Shown here: piece by piece, positions 1 through 11,327 of the stretch
Position numbering within the stretch: position 1 is the first letter of the stretch
Layout of the letters: every line of letters begins with the position of its first letter
Origin: Histomonas meleagridis 2922-C6/04-290x
Taxonomy: Eukaryota > Protista > Parabasalia
Length of the DNA stretch: 64,000 nucleotides
Assembly: GCA_020184695.1 (NCBI GenBank)
Contig: JAANOX010000083.1
Span: 248,001 to 312,000, forward strand
Direction: 5' to 3'
Position numbers and translations under genes: made by a program
Notes under the pieces: generated by a model
Told to the model about the DNA's origin: nothing
The model's input: only the letters and a program-made list of their open reading frames with translations
Database searches by the model: none

Positions 1-2009
1 TCCAGATGATAAAATATTACATAAATCATTAAAACTTATTCTTTCATTTTCTTTTGAACATGCAACATCTTGTGAATTTAAACATGATAAAATATTATCA
101 TATGAAATTGATCTTTTAGGTTTTAATAATGTTTTACTTAATGAATATTGCCCATATAAAATAGAATAATCAAAAGGAGTTAAACCGAATTTATCAGGAT
201 CATTTCTTTTAAGAAAATAGATTTTATTAATCATTGATGCACAAATCGGAGAATATTTAGAAGCATAATGTAAATAATCCAAAGGTATTGACCGATTAAG
301 TAATGAAGACTTTAAATATTTAAGTATTATTTGAAGACATTCTTTACGATCATATTTAGATGCATAATGAATTGGTGTTATTTTATCTTTTTTAATTTGT
401 GATTGTAATGATGCGCCTTTTTGAATCATAGCTTCTACTATTTCTGGAAAATCATAATATATAGCAAAGAATAATGGTGTCATTCCAGTTTCATTAGTTT
501 GATCAATGTATGGCATGTTTTTAACTTTCGATAAAATTATTTGAATAAGTTTTCTTTGACCATTAAAAACAGCAGCAAAAAATGGAGAAATACCATTTTC
601 TTTAGTATTTTCTAAACTTTTTTCTTTATTAATAAATTTATTTACACTATTAATGTTACCTGAAGAACATGCAATATGTTCTGGTGATATATTAGGCATT
701 ATCTTATTATAAATGAATTGTTCAAAATCAGATTGATTTTTAAAATTTGGAGGTTGAATATCATTATTATTTCCGAAAAAAAGTGATAATTATTAATATA
801 TCAAAAGATACAATATCAGAAAGTTTAGATTTGATTACAATTCCTTGCTCTTCATTACAAGAAATAAAATCGTTATTATTTTTGATTGAGTTTTTAATAT
901 TATTAATTAATTTACTTGGCATTTGTTTTTGAATTAATATAATATTTTTGCTTATATTAATTCTACATCCTCCACGTATTGATGGGTTTATTTCTTTTGA
1001 AATTAAAGGATATGATAAATTTAATGTAAAACTAATACCAAAAATTGGAGAATATCGATAATTATAAATTTCTTTTCTTATAAGATTATATTTATTTCGA
1101 AGGTCTTGAACAATACGATCAAATAATTGATCCTTAAGTGCATCACAATTTTTAATATTATTTTCATAATAAGTTTTTATATCATTTATTATTTTAAGAA
1201 AGTTATCACGTTCTTGAATACATTCCTTTACTGCAGGATGTTGTAATAAGTGGTATGAATTTGGATGCTGATGAACTTTTTCTATAGTTTCATTATATTC
1301 TTTTAACTTTTTATTAGCTTGATCCAAATCTTCATTTCTTTTTCTAATAAAATCATTTTTAATTTCATTAATTTTTTTCAATTCTGCTAAATCATGTGAA
1401 TAAGGATAGCTATGATTTAATACAGTTGAACGATTATTTTTAAAAACATCTATTGTCTGATGAAAAATTTGCAATATTTTAGTAATTGAATAGCTTGCAT
1501 TTACTTTAGAAAATGGTAAAAAATTATAACTTGATTGAAAATCATTAATTACTTTACACGTTAAATTTTTATAATTTTTCACATGTTGTTCAAAAATTAT
1601 TTTTAATTGATTACTTAAATTATCGAAACGTTCTGAAATAAGTTCTTCATCAGTAAAATATTTTCTTTCGATTGGAGTTAATTTTTTATGAACTTCATTT
1701 AAATAATTTAAATTGGTTAATTTTGTTATTAAATCATAAAAGTTATTTAAATCTTTATTTTCATCATTAAGTAATTGGTTATAATAATATTCAAATGTTT
1801 TATCATCAATTTGTTGTATAATTTGTTTGGTATTTAATTTAATAGGAATCTTTTTACTTTTTGGTACTGGCAAAGGTGGGAAAACTTCAGGAATTGTATC
1901 TACATATTTTTCACGATTATTTTGAAATGCCTTTGTTGTATTTGGTAAAAATCCAATATTAATTAAATTATAAACATAATGTATAGCAAATGTAATAAAG
2001 TGATTGCAT
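1..2009 (-). pseudogene. Coiled-coil plus C-terminal ankyrin-repeat protein, running off the left edge; broken by three +1 homopolymer frameshifts (possibly assembly errors)
   Basis: Inr-like TCATTTTTT precedes ATG 2009. Removing one base at each of 1997-1999, 776-782 and 641-644 joins MQSLITFAIHYV..., ORF 767..1873 and ankyrin repeats (ENGISPFFAAVFNGQ, NETGMTPLFFAIYYD, KITPILHASKYD). Confidence 0.65.
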
Positions 2010-2715
2010 TTTTAAAAAATGATTGACTGCTATAAAACAGTTATAAAAATGCCGTGTCAAATTTTTTCAGAAATATCGAAATTTGAGGTTTGCTGAGATT
2101 GAAAATGTTTTTATTGTTTTATCACGACGGTTAGCAAATGCTGAAACAGAAGAAATTCAAGTTTGGAATGGAAGAGATAATTTTCTGGCGTGGGTGTTAC
2201 AACAAGAATTTATTGCTGTTTGTTTTTGAAGGTTGTGATTAAAATAAAAATGAGAAATTTTGATAAAATCTTTTTCGAACCAAAAATAATGTGTTTTAAC
2301 GACGTAATCTTCTCTGCTGAAGCTACATCAACTTAATGCATGATAGAAGGCTTACATTTTCTCAATTAGACACATTTAGTTAATCAAATACAATTCCAGA
2401 ACATTTGCATTTTCTAAATTAATTGCATCAGTAATTAAATATATATATTTGCATTTATGATATAAGCATTGATGATTTAACAAGATGATTCTGGATAGGA
2501 AATTAGCCATGAATAACCACATGTTTATAAAATTTTTAATATTTATTATCCTCTTTTTTAAATCATGTAAATTACCAATTTTGCTCTTTTACTTAAATAA
2601 CTTTTTGACAGGAAATATATCGACATGTTAAATTGCCAAGAAGTATATTGTCATTATAAAAATCAAGCAATTTTTTTTGACGAGCTTTGTTAGGTATGAA
2701 CAACATTGCCTCCAA

Positions 2716-5700
2716 ATGAACAACAAAAAAACAATAGATTTTGGATTAAAAAAAGCATCTGAATTAATTCGTGCACAAAAACTTTCTGAAGCAGAAAATG
2801 AAGTTGCAAAAATAATACCACTTGCAATAAAATCACATTATCATGATTATGATGCTCTTTTTTTACGAACTGGAATAGCATTCAAAGCGCAGAAGCATAA
2901 AGAAACCATACAATATTCTCAAGATGCTCTTGTCTTAAAACCAGGCGAACCAAATTTATGGAAATTTTTGATACTTTCGCATCAAGCACTGAATGAAAAA
3001 GACAAAATACTCACCACAATACCAAACTTATTAAAGAGTGCTACTCCAGCCCAAGTTCTTGCCGAACTTATTGCACCTTATCTTGAAGATCTTAAAGAAG
3101 AAGTTGTTATACAATTTATTAAATATCTCAAACAAATTCCAAACTATAGCAAGATCAATATTGGCAAGTATTTCCCAGATATTAAAGAAACAATTGATAT
3201 TCGAATAGAATTATTTACTGAAGTAGCTGATACCGATCCAGAATCATGTTCAAGTCTTATTGAACTTTATTTATATGACTTAAATGACATCGACAAAGCC
3301 ATATATTACTCCGAAAAGCTTCCAACAGATTATCCCACACGATATGAAATCGAAACTCTTTTTGGTCCCAATCCAATAGAATCAGCGCGAAAACTTTGTT
3401 CGACCGGCAACAGCAAATTTAAGTCATTTTTAGATGTATTACAAACCAAAGATTTGCGACGCATTTCAAATCAAATTGGATATATCTCAAAGTTTTATTC
3501 AGGTTGGATATATTATTCCACATTAGTCCCAACTCCCAAAGAGAAAGAATCCGCGTTAGAAAATGCGTTATCAATTCGACCTAATTCTACAGAAGTCATT
3601 TTTCAAATCATAAAACTCAAAGAAGAAACGAAACAAATCGAATCCGCGATTCAATTTTCACGTAAACTTAAGACGATTGACCCCAAATATTCGAACTTAT
3701 GCATTGAGTTATGTAACAAATATCAACGCTATGACTTATTAGCCAAAGATGAACTTACTCCGTATGCTAAAGCGTTTATTGACATCAACAAATATCATGA
3801 AACTAAAGACAAAAACTTATTAAAAGATATTATCAATTTACCGAATGAAAAACAATACGTTTCACTTAAATGTGAAGCATTATGGGAACTTCGTCATGAT
3901 TTTTATAAAGAGTTCGAAAGTAAAATCATTGAACTCATGAAAATCGATCGTGAAAATGGTTATACGTATTATTACTTTGGTAAATATAAATTAGAAAATG
4001 ATGACAAAGAAAAATCGGATTTCTTATTCCAAAAAGCGTTTAATTATGGAATAGAAAAACCTGAAACATTAGAATATATAACACGTAAATATATTATTGA
4101 TAATGACTTAGAAAATGCTATAAAATATTGCAAGAAAATCGACGAGTTTTGGGCGCATTTTCGATTAGGATTAATATATCAACGATTAAATAAGCATGTG
4201 AATGCATGCGAAGAACTACAAAACGCTTCACGAATTAACCCGAATAATGAATTTGTTTGGAAAGCGCTCGGTCATTCGAACATATTATTAAATCGTTGGA
4301 TGACTGTTCATTCGATTGCACAATATTTGAGATCGATTTCGAAGCCGGATATCGAACTTGAGTATCAATTAAATCTGTTTTTAGACAAACCGATTGAAGT
4401 CGATGATTTAAACATTGATAAGACGCCATTAAATTGTATAAGTTATATCCAACAAGTTATAAAACGAATCCAAATATTAAACACTTATAATCGAAATGAA
4501 TCGTCGACTTTGCTGATAATGAAATCATTACCTTATTTAGAATTATTATATAATAAATGGAATAACTTATTAAGTGTATTAAAAGTTTGCGGCGACTTTT
4601 ATTTGGAATCATTTAGAATTACAAATGATAAAAATTATATCAAAAAGGCAATCGATATATATAAAATTAGAGCGTCGAAAGATATTCGAGCCGAAAGTTT
4701 TATTGATGTTGCACACGCAATGTATTTAAATGATAACATAGACGCAACAATTTTAATATTAAAGAAAGTATTACATAGATTCCCTGAACATTCCGGATTA
4801 TGGTTAAATTTGGGTATATCTTATGCTTTGACGAACAATTATTCATTTGCTCGACATTGTTTTTGCGTTGCAGCAAAAATTTCTTCAAACAACGATAAGA
4901 GTAAAGCATTCATTTATTGTATACCAATTTCAGAGGCGGTTAACGATCAAATGCTCAAAGAAAAAGCGATTCAAGCAGCTCAACAACTAAATCCGCATAA
5001 TTCAAAGATATTACAATTAATGGCTAATGATAAATTAATGAAGAAAGTTGACGCTTATTTGTTGGCATTTGAAAATCAACCGACAAAAGAAATTGCTTCG
5101 AAATTATGTTGTTTATTATTAAGAAAAAATAGATCACTTGAAGCATTAGGCTTTGCTTTTATATCTAATGACAATGAATTAATTTCTGCATCTTATGAAG
5201 CTTTAAATAAATATGAGTTAGCATTGAAATATACAAATAATGAAGAAAACAAAAATCGATTAAAATCATTATTAGATAATGCAAATAATAATTTTGAAGT
5301 ATTTAAGTTATATAGCTCTAAAAATTTGGAAAAAATTATCGAATTATATAAAGATTCGAATGATGTTTACATGAAATTTGCAGTTGGAATTTGTTATATT
5401 CAATTGAAACAAACCGAAAATGCAGTTCAAATTTTCAATGAAATTAAAGAGAAAGAACCGTTATTGACAAAACATATTGACAAAATATTCATCAGAGCTT
5501 TTCCGAAGTTTATTCCGGAAAGTGTCAACACTGATCCTCAAATGTTATTTGCAATTGAAAAAAGAAAGAAAAAGAATGTGGTCCAATCTGCGAAAGCTAC
5601 TTTGAAGAAATTTGCAAATAGTCAATTTGCAATTAAGAATTTTGTCCTTGGAGGAATAAAACAAGAAAAATGTTCACCCGATTTCTGTACAGAATTACTT

Positions 5701-5898
5701 CAACATGCAAAGGAACTCTTCAAAATGAGCCCTTCGTATGAAAACATTTCTCTTCTTATGGCAGCTCAAGTAAAAGCGGGAGAACTTAAAGAGGCAATAA
5801 AAACAGTGCAAAGAATGTGCTTGATGAGAAAGAGCGAAATACCAAAACTAACGAAAATGATACAGAAACTGAAAGAAAACATTAATATGGAAACATGA
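2716..5898 (+). CDS. Large TPR-repeat protein, SKI3/TTC37-like (SKI complex)
   Basis: ORF 2677..5898, first ATG at 2716. The N-terminal LKKASELIRAQKLSEAE...YDALFLRTGIA...NLWKFL resembles the Ski3 N-terminal TPRs. Many TPR-like motifs follow (FWAHFRLGLIYQRLNKHVNACEELQNASRINPNNEFVWKALG). Confidence 0.65.
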   Translation: MNNKKTIDFGLKKASELIRAQKLSEAENEVAKIIPLAIKSHYHDYDALFLRTGIAFKAQKHKETIQYSQDALVLKPGEPNLWKFLILSHQALNEKDKILTTIPNLLKSATPAQVLAELIAPYLEDLKEEVVIQFIKYLKQIPNYSKINIGKYFPDIKETIDIRIELFTEVADTDPESCSSLIELYLYDLNDIDKAIYYSEKLPTDYPTRYEIETLFGPNPIESARKLCSTGNSKFKSFLDVLQTKDLRRISNQIGYISKFYSGWIYYSTLVPTPKEKESALENALSIRPNSTEVIFQIIKLKEETKQIESAIQFSRKLKTIDPKYSNLCIELCNKYQRYDLLAKDELTPYAKAFIDINKYHETKDKNLLKDIINLPNEKQYVSLKCEALWELRHDFYKEFESKIIELMKIDRENGYTYYYFGKYKLENDDKEKSDFLFQKAFNYGIEKPETLEYITRKYIIDNDLENAIKYCKKIDEFWAHFRLGLIYQRLNKHVNACEELQNASRINPNNEFVWKALGHSNILLNRWMTVHSIAQYLRSISKPDIELEYQLNLFLDKPIEVDDLNIDKTPLNCISYIQQVIKRIQILNTYNRNESSTLLIMKSLPYLELLYNKWNNLLSVLKVCGDFYLESFRITNDKNYIKKAIDIYKIRASKDIRAESFIDVAHAMYLNDNIDATILILKKVLHRFPEHSGLWLNLGISYALTNNYSFARHCFCVAAKISSNNDKSKAFIYCIPISEAVNDQMLKEKAIQAAQQLNPHNSKILQLMANDKLMKKVDAYLLAFENQPTKEIASKLCCLLLRKNRSLEALGFAFISNDNELISASYEALNKYELALKYTNNEENKNRLKSLLDNANNNFEVFKLYSSKNLEKIIELYKDSNDVYMKFAVGICYIQLKQTENAVQIFNEIKEKEPLLTKHIDKIFIRAFPKFIPESVNTDPQMLFAIEKRKKKNVVQSAKATLKKFANSQFAIKNFVLGGIKQEKCSPDFCTELLQHAKELFKMSPSYENISLLMAAQVKAGELKEAIKTVQRMCLMRKSEIPKLTKMIQKLKENINMET

Positions 5899-6416
5899 AT
5901 ATATTAGAACAGTTTTAATAAGTAAAGAATTCTTAAGATAAATTTTATTTGAAGTTCGTTTAGATGAAAAAATTGTAGAAGACAACAAAAACTTAAATAA
6001 ATCATAAATTTTTAATTAGTTTGTTGGCAAATAGAAATTTTAAAATAGTTCAGTCTCAGAAATGATATCATTTTTATGAAAAATGAAAAGAAAAAAGTTT
6101 TGTCATTGTTAACGCTCTCCTAAGTGAAGTGAGTGAAAAATATAGGAAAATAACAAATTTAAATTGAAAAAATTATTAAATATGATCTCTATGAATAACG
6201 CATTATTCGTACAACACCTATATGCACCTGATATAGATTACAAATCGTAAGCTTCTTAATGAAGATAGTAAAATATTTTATACATTGAACAGGAGTTAAA
6301 AAGTTTAACCAAATCAACAGAAATGTCTTCTTACGCATACAGATTCTCTTCACTGCAAACAACTTTTAAATGTTAACACACTGTAATTAACCAAATTATT
6401 AAATAAAAGATTCCTT

Positions 6417-7193
6417 TTATTCTTGTGTTTCGATGTCAATTCCTTCGAGAATTGATGGACGAACACCAGCGCGACGTGGAAGGCTGATGAGTGGGTTTTC
6501 ACCTTGACCAATGACGAAAACGTTTGGAATACGTGTGGCGAATTCAGCTCCTGATGCATCTTTGATGTGGACAATTGAGAATCCGACCATTTGTGGTTCG
6601 ATGGATTGGATTACACCAACACGACCAACGTTACCACCGGATGTGACCATGGCAACGTTACCTTTTTCGAACTTGATGAAGTTATCGACTTCATGAGTCT
6701 TAAGGTTGTATTTGACAGTATCGTTCATACGGATTGATGGGTCAACATAACGGAGGGTGTGGCCATCATGAGCAACGAGATGTGGGACTCCACGTTCACC
6801 AATGAAATATTTGTTGATACGAAGAAGCTTGAATTCGGCTTCCTTTGGTTCGATCTTGTGGGCAACAAAACGTCCCTTGGCATCATAAAGAAGACGGAAT
6901 TGTTCGTTGGACTTTCCAAGTTCGATAACATCCATAAGACCTGCTGGGAAGCGTGGGTCAGTACGGACTTTGCCATCAACCTTAACAAGTCTGCGTGCTA
7001 CAATAGCTGTAACTTCACGAGCGTTAAGTGCATACTTAAGACGGTTACGAAGGAAAATGGTTATTGGGAGGCATTCCCTAAGTTTGTGTGGACCAGAGGA
7101 TGGACTTGTAGCAAATTTGCCAGCTGTTTTGGCGAGCATCCAATGGTGTGGGGCAGCAAGGCGCTTCAAGTGCTTACGTTGGCAACGAGGCAT
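6417..7193 (-). CDS. RPS4: 40S ribosomal protein S4 (eS4)
   Basis: KHLKRLAAPHHWML, GPHKLRECLP, VDGKVRTD, FATRIPNVFVIG are eS4 hallmarks. Confidence 0.98.
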   Translation of the reverse strand: MPRCQRKHLKRLAAPHHWMLAKTAGKFATSPSSGPHKLRECLPITIFLRNRLKYALNAREVTAIVARRLVKVDGKVRTDPRFPAGLMDVIELGKSNEQFRLLYDAKGRFVAHKIEPKEAEFKLLRINKYFIGERGVPHLVAHDGHTLRYVDPSIRMNDTVKYNLKTHEVDNFIKFEKGNVAMVTSGGNVGRVGVIQSIEPQMVGFSIVHIKDASGAEFATRIPNVFVIGQGENPLISLPRRAGVRPSILEGIDIETQE

Positions 7194-7212
7194 TTGGAGA
7201 AGAGGAAGACCA

Positions 7213-7231
7213 AAACCGCTTTATAACCGCC
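7213..7231 (-). promoter_or_regulatory. Two M3-type (Myb-like) core promoter motifs upstream of RPS4
   Basis: Minus-strand GGCGGTTA and AGCGGTTT lie 20-38 nt upstream of the ATG. Both match the Trichomonas M3 consensus DRCSGTTD. Confidence 0.55.
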
Positions 7232-7640
7232 GTCACCAAATTTAAGAAGTTTACTTTTTAAATTTTAAAACTAAAATATCTCACTGGATATTGTATTAAA
7301 TAATATTTCATTTCTATATAAAGCTGAGAAACAATATGAAGTATTGAATATATAATAAATCTTAAAATATGAGTTTTTTTAAATTCATTTGTTACGATTA
7401 AAATTATAAAATTATATGAAATGATGAATGAATTTCATTACAAAATTTTCCTTTTATATGGTAAATTTCAATTTTATATAATTTCAGTTCTCATATGAAA
7501 TGAGTTATTATGATTTTGAGCGCAATACATCTTAAGTTCTACCATATTATTCATTGCTTTAAGGTTATTCTTTGTGTTTTAATGGGGTTCTTATTGGAAA
7601 CTTTGAGGAATGAAATTTATGAGAGAACGTTAAAAGGCAA

Positions 7641-10016
7641 ATGAGCTCAGTACTGTACACTGGGGGTCAATCAGAAGATTCACGGATTGGTCGCCAAGGC
7701 ACTGAACCCCTTGACGTTGTAACAATTCCAAATTGTACTTATATTACATCAATTGCACTTGGCTGGAAACATGGGCATTGTGTTGTTGATCACACGCAAT
7801 TTTATTCATGGGGCGATGGTTCCAATTACAAACTAGCAACACTTGACAAGCACCTTCTTGTTACTCCCACCTTAGTTGAGACTTTTCCTGCTAATACTCG
7901 ATTCAGATCAGTTGTTGCAGGAGACAAATTTGGAGCAGCGCTAGATGAAGGTGGTAAAGTTTATTGTTGGGGTTCAGGGTTTGGTCATGGACCACAAGAA
8001 ATTCCATTTACACAACCTGCCACACATATAGCATCAGGTCAATCGAATCTTATATGTGCTCTATCTAATGGTAGCGTTGGTATTAAGTGTTCCAAATCGG
8101 ATCCTAGAATCATTCAAATCCCAGATGAAGAAGTTACAATGGTATCTTCATCTCGAGATAGCTTCATTGCTCTCTGTGCCAGTGGTCATGTATACACATG
8201 GGGTAAGACTCCATCCAGTGGGCAACCAAATAACGTCGACACGCCAACATTACTCTCATTTCCCGAACCCATCAATTATGTATTTTCATATAACAACAAT
8301 TCCTTTTTCACCAGCGGTGCCAAACTTTATTGCTGTGGCCTAAATAACGAAGGTAGTTTAGGTGTAGGCGATGAAGAACCATATTCCTCAGTCACCTTAG
8401 TTCCATTTGATTTCGATGACATCATAATACAAGTTGCGTGTGGCGATAAATCGACTTTAGTTCTAACTCGTAAAGGGACTACATATGTATCAGGCAGTAT
8501 TCCAAATGGCTATGCAGGTGTTGACACATGTTCAAGCACGACCACCTTTTTACCGTGCGAGAAAATGCGAGAGAAAAACGTCACGCAAATAGCATGTGGA
8601 TGTTTCACGTTTGCCTTTTTGATAAATGGCTCATATCCGCATTACATTAACACATCGTTTGCTATTGATTCATATCCATTTAACTTGAAGGCGCCGCGTA
8701 CTGTACCAATTGGGAAAACATTCGTAGCGATTAATCCATCGAATAAAGAGTTGGAGAAATACGGACTAAAACTTGGCGATCATATCGTGAAAGGAGAAGA
8801 AGAAACATTACTTGTCATAGGAACATCAAAAGATAATAACATCGTTGTCTATAAGAACAAAATCGGATTCGAGTTAATCGAAAACCCGACGTTCGATAAG
8901 ATCATTGATGAGTACAAACTCGTGAAGCGTAAATACCATGAATTAATAGAAGAGAAGTTATCCGAAGATAAGAAAATTATACTCGACGCATCACGAAAAG
9001 CGATTTTTTCTATTTCTGGGTTTATGAAAAATGATATTTTGCCGAATAACGAACGCGTTATAGGTGTTCGAGGATTAAATTTATATTCCAAAGGCGAAAA
9101 CAATGAATTCATTCACGTTGTTGACGTGACTTATGGAATGACAATAATTCGAAACGATTTGAAATTAAAAACATTGAAACTTGTGGACGATAGTTGTAAA
9201 GTGATCGAATTAGAAGAAGATAATAATATTTTATACTTCAATCATAGTAATGGCATTGGTAAACACATCGGAAAATATGATAATTATCCGTGCATAGAAT
9301 ACGCATCAAACTTTGGACTGTTTTCAATAGAGAAAGCAAACGTAGAAACATTCAAAAAAGATTCGAAAACTTTCGCTTACGATTCTAATATGGAAATAAT
9401 AGAATTAGATGAAATTGATCTTGAAAATAATTATAAAATTTTTGATTTAGTCGAAACGAAATTTGGTTATGGAACAATTGCAGGATTTAACGGTGGAAAA
9501 GTGGCAGTATGGCTTGAAAAACATAATACAAATTTCGGAAGTGTCAAAATGTTTGACAAAGGTGAGGTGAAGTCGGTAGGTAGATTTTTCAATGATTTAT
9601 TTATCGACGATGGAGTGAATGCAAATACTGAATGTTTGAAGGAATTTAAGTTATTGCCTGGTGATGCTATAAAAGTAGGAAACGTTCTGATGGACGTTAG
9701 AGGCGTTAAAGATGGAAAACTAATTGCAAGAAATGGTAATGAAAATGTTGAAATTTTGGACAACAATTATAAGATCGCATTCAGAAGAATGTTGGTGCCT
9801 TTGAGCTCAGTTTCTAGTTCGGGTGATATGATCTCGAGATCTTGTTTGTTCTGTAGTAACTTCGCGACTTTGAACTTCGGAAAGAAAATTGTTTTATCCG
9901 GAAAAGAATATTTTTTGGTGGGAACAGACATAAAGAACATGTGCGTGCTGATGTCAAATGATGACGAAGCGTCAATTGATACACTTGAAATGATGACAGA
10001 AGAAATGCTTACATAG
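7641..10016 (+). CDS. RCC1/BLIP-II repeat beta-propeller protein with an uncharacterised C-terminal region
   Basis: IALGWKHG, YSWGDGSNYKL, VVAGDKFGAALDEGGKVYCWG, CGLNNEGSLGVGD, QVACGDKSTLVLT. Confidence 0.85.
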   Translation: MSSVLYTGGQSEDSRIGRQGTEPLDVVTIPNCTYITSIALGWKHGHCVVDHTQFYSWGDGSNYKLATLDKHLLVTPTLVETFPANTRFRSVVAGDKFGAALDEGGKVYCWGSGFGHGPQEIPFTQPATHIASGQSNLICALSNGSVGIKCSKSDPRIIQIPDEEVTMVSSSRDSFIALCASGHVYTWGKTPSSGQPNNVDTPTLLSFPEPINYVFSYNNNSFFTSGAKLYCCGLNNEGSLGVGDEEPYSSVTLVPFDFDDIIIQVACGDKSTLVLTRKGTTYVSGSIPNGYAGVDTCSSTTTFLPCEKMREKNVTQIACGCFTFAFLINGSYPHYINTSFAIDSYPFNLKAPRTVPIGKTFVAINPSNKELEKYGLKLGDHIVKGEEETLLVIGTSKDNNIVVYKNKIGFELIENPTFDKIIDEYKLVKRKYHELIEEKLSEDKKIILDASRKAIFSISGFMKNDILPNNERVIGVRGLNLYSKGENNEFIHVVDVTYGMTIIRNDLKLKTLKLVDDSCKVIELEEDNNILYFNHSNGIGKHIGKYDNYPCIEYASNFGLFSIEKANVETFKKDSKTFAYDSNMEIIELDEIDLENNYKIFDLVETKFGYGTIAGFNGGKVAVWLEKHNTNFGSVKMFDKGEVKSVGRFFNDLFIDDGVNANTECLKEFKLLPGDAIKVGNVLMDVRGVKDGKLIARNGNENVEILDNNYKIAFRRMLVPLSSVSSSGDMISRSCLFCSNFATLNFGKKIVLSGKEYFLVGTDIKNMCVLMSNDDEASIDTLEMMTEEMLT

Positions 10017-10245
10017 ATGTTTAATGAAAAAAGTTTTTATAAAACATATTATAATTTTAATTTGGTGAATTACTCAAATCCTTTTAACTAATTCCCCTAT
10101 ATATGGCTCTTCATGCTCGTGTTTTGTATCTGTATTAATTATGAAAATTCAATGATAGAATATTCACAATATTTATTATGTTATTTATCTTAAAAAAAAT
10201 ATTGAATTTATATATAAATATTATTATTCTATTTAGTATTCGTCA

Positions 10246-10318
10246 GCTTTGGTAGCTCAATCGGCAGAGCGCAGGTCTCATAATCCTGAGGTCGTGGGTT
10301 CGAGCCCCATCCAAAGCA
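10246..10318 (+). tRNA. tRNA-Met(CAT), elongator type
   Basis: Acceptor stem GCTTTGG/CCAAAGC, D arm GCTC/GAGC, anticodon loop CTCATAA with a U31-U39 pair, T loop TTCGAGC (T54, so not initiator). TATA-like TATATAAA lies about 30 nt upstream and a T7 terminator follows. Confidence 0.97.
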
Positions 10319-10990
10319 GAAAATTTTTTTATTTTGTATTTAGCTCCCTTGATTTTTTAACTGAGGAGAGGGGATATTGAGGATTAGAATTCAACAAAAC
10401 GTAGAAATATTCGAAACTTCCGATCAAAAAATTGGTTAGTCTTTTTTATAGAATTGCAGTGAATAAATAAGATATAATAATCATGATAATGATCTTATCT
10501 TTTAGTATCATCAATCAATAGCTTCCCTCTTGGATTACAAATAAACAATGATCAAAATTTTTAACTGCATGATTAAAACCAATTGCATATTTGGTTTTGT
10601 TTTTAAAAACTATTTTTTCAGCAAAAAGACGTTGGTTTAACCCATGTGAGTAAATTTTATGTGTGGACAAGATTAAAAGGTAATCAAATATTAAATCATC
10701 GTCGAAGATTGTATTAAAAAATACTGATTGGTCACTTTATACAATTTGAGATCAGTGGACTCATTAATGAAATGGCAACCAACTCAAGGCTGTTAATCTA
10801 TAAGTAAAACGATGCTGTTAATACATATAGATCCTCTCGGGGATGATAATTTTTCTGTTCAAATCTTGCAATTATTGGCTACATCATTATGTGGTTGGTA
10901 AGCTTAAAGGTGTAATAATATCAAATGTTGGTTTAAATAAAAGATAAGAAGGTGCTCAACATTGACGCTTTTAACTTTACAAAAAACTTC

Positions 10991-11059
10991 ATGAAATTGG
11001 GGCACCCGACTAGGGATCACTTTTGAAAGGAATTCAAAGCGAGGGTGCCCCAATTCCAC
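10991..11059 (-). ncRNA. Candidate small stem-loop RNA of unknown class
   Basis: 13-bp perfect GC-rich inverted repeat (10995-11007 / 11043-11055). It extends to 17 bp with G-U pairs only on the minus strand. There is an inner 10-bp hairpin, and GAAG-T6 follows. Confidence 0.35.
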
Positions 11060-11327
11060 TTTTTTACATAAAAATTCATTTTGAAATTGAAAAATGGGGT
11101 CCATATCCATATGAATAATCTGTTTCATAAAAATATTTTCTAAAATCATGAAAACCATCTAAAATAATCATTTTATAAGATATTGATAAAAATTTTATTT
11201 AATTTTTAGTTAGATATTTTAATTTATAAACCAAATTTATTTGGTCGGACCTCATCTAAAAGTGCACCAATTTGGCAGCAAATAAGCAGTTTTTGCGGTT
11301 TCTGTGAAAGTAGGACCAAAATTTTTT

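Noticed and set aside
2105-2245. MFLLF(L)SRRLANAETEEIQVW short signal-peptide-like fragment
   Set aside because: It needs a frameshift and ends within about 45 codons; there is no family evidence.
6182-6232. ATGATC...hairpin GAATAA/TTATTC...CTGA as a C/D snoRNA
   Set aside because: Poor C box and no recognisable target.
6350-7245. Short overlapping ORFs on RPS4 (and similar ones on CCT7, SCAR, PDI and others)
   Set aside because: Shadow ORFs of GC-richer, codon-biased genes.
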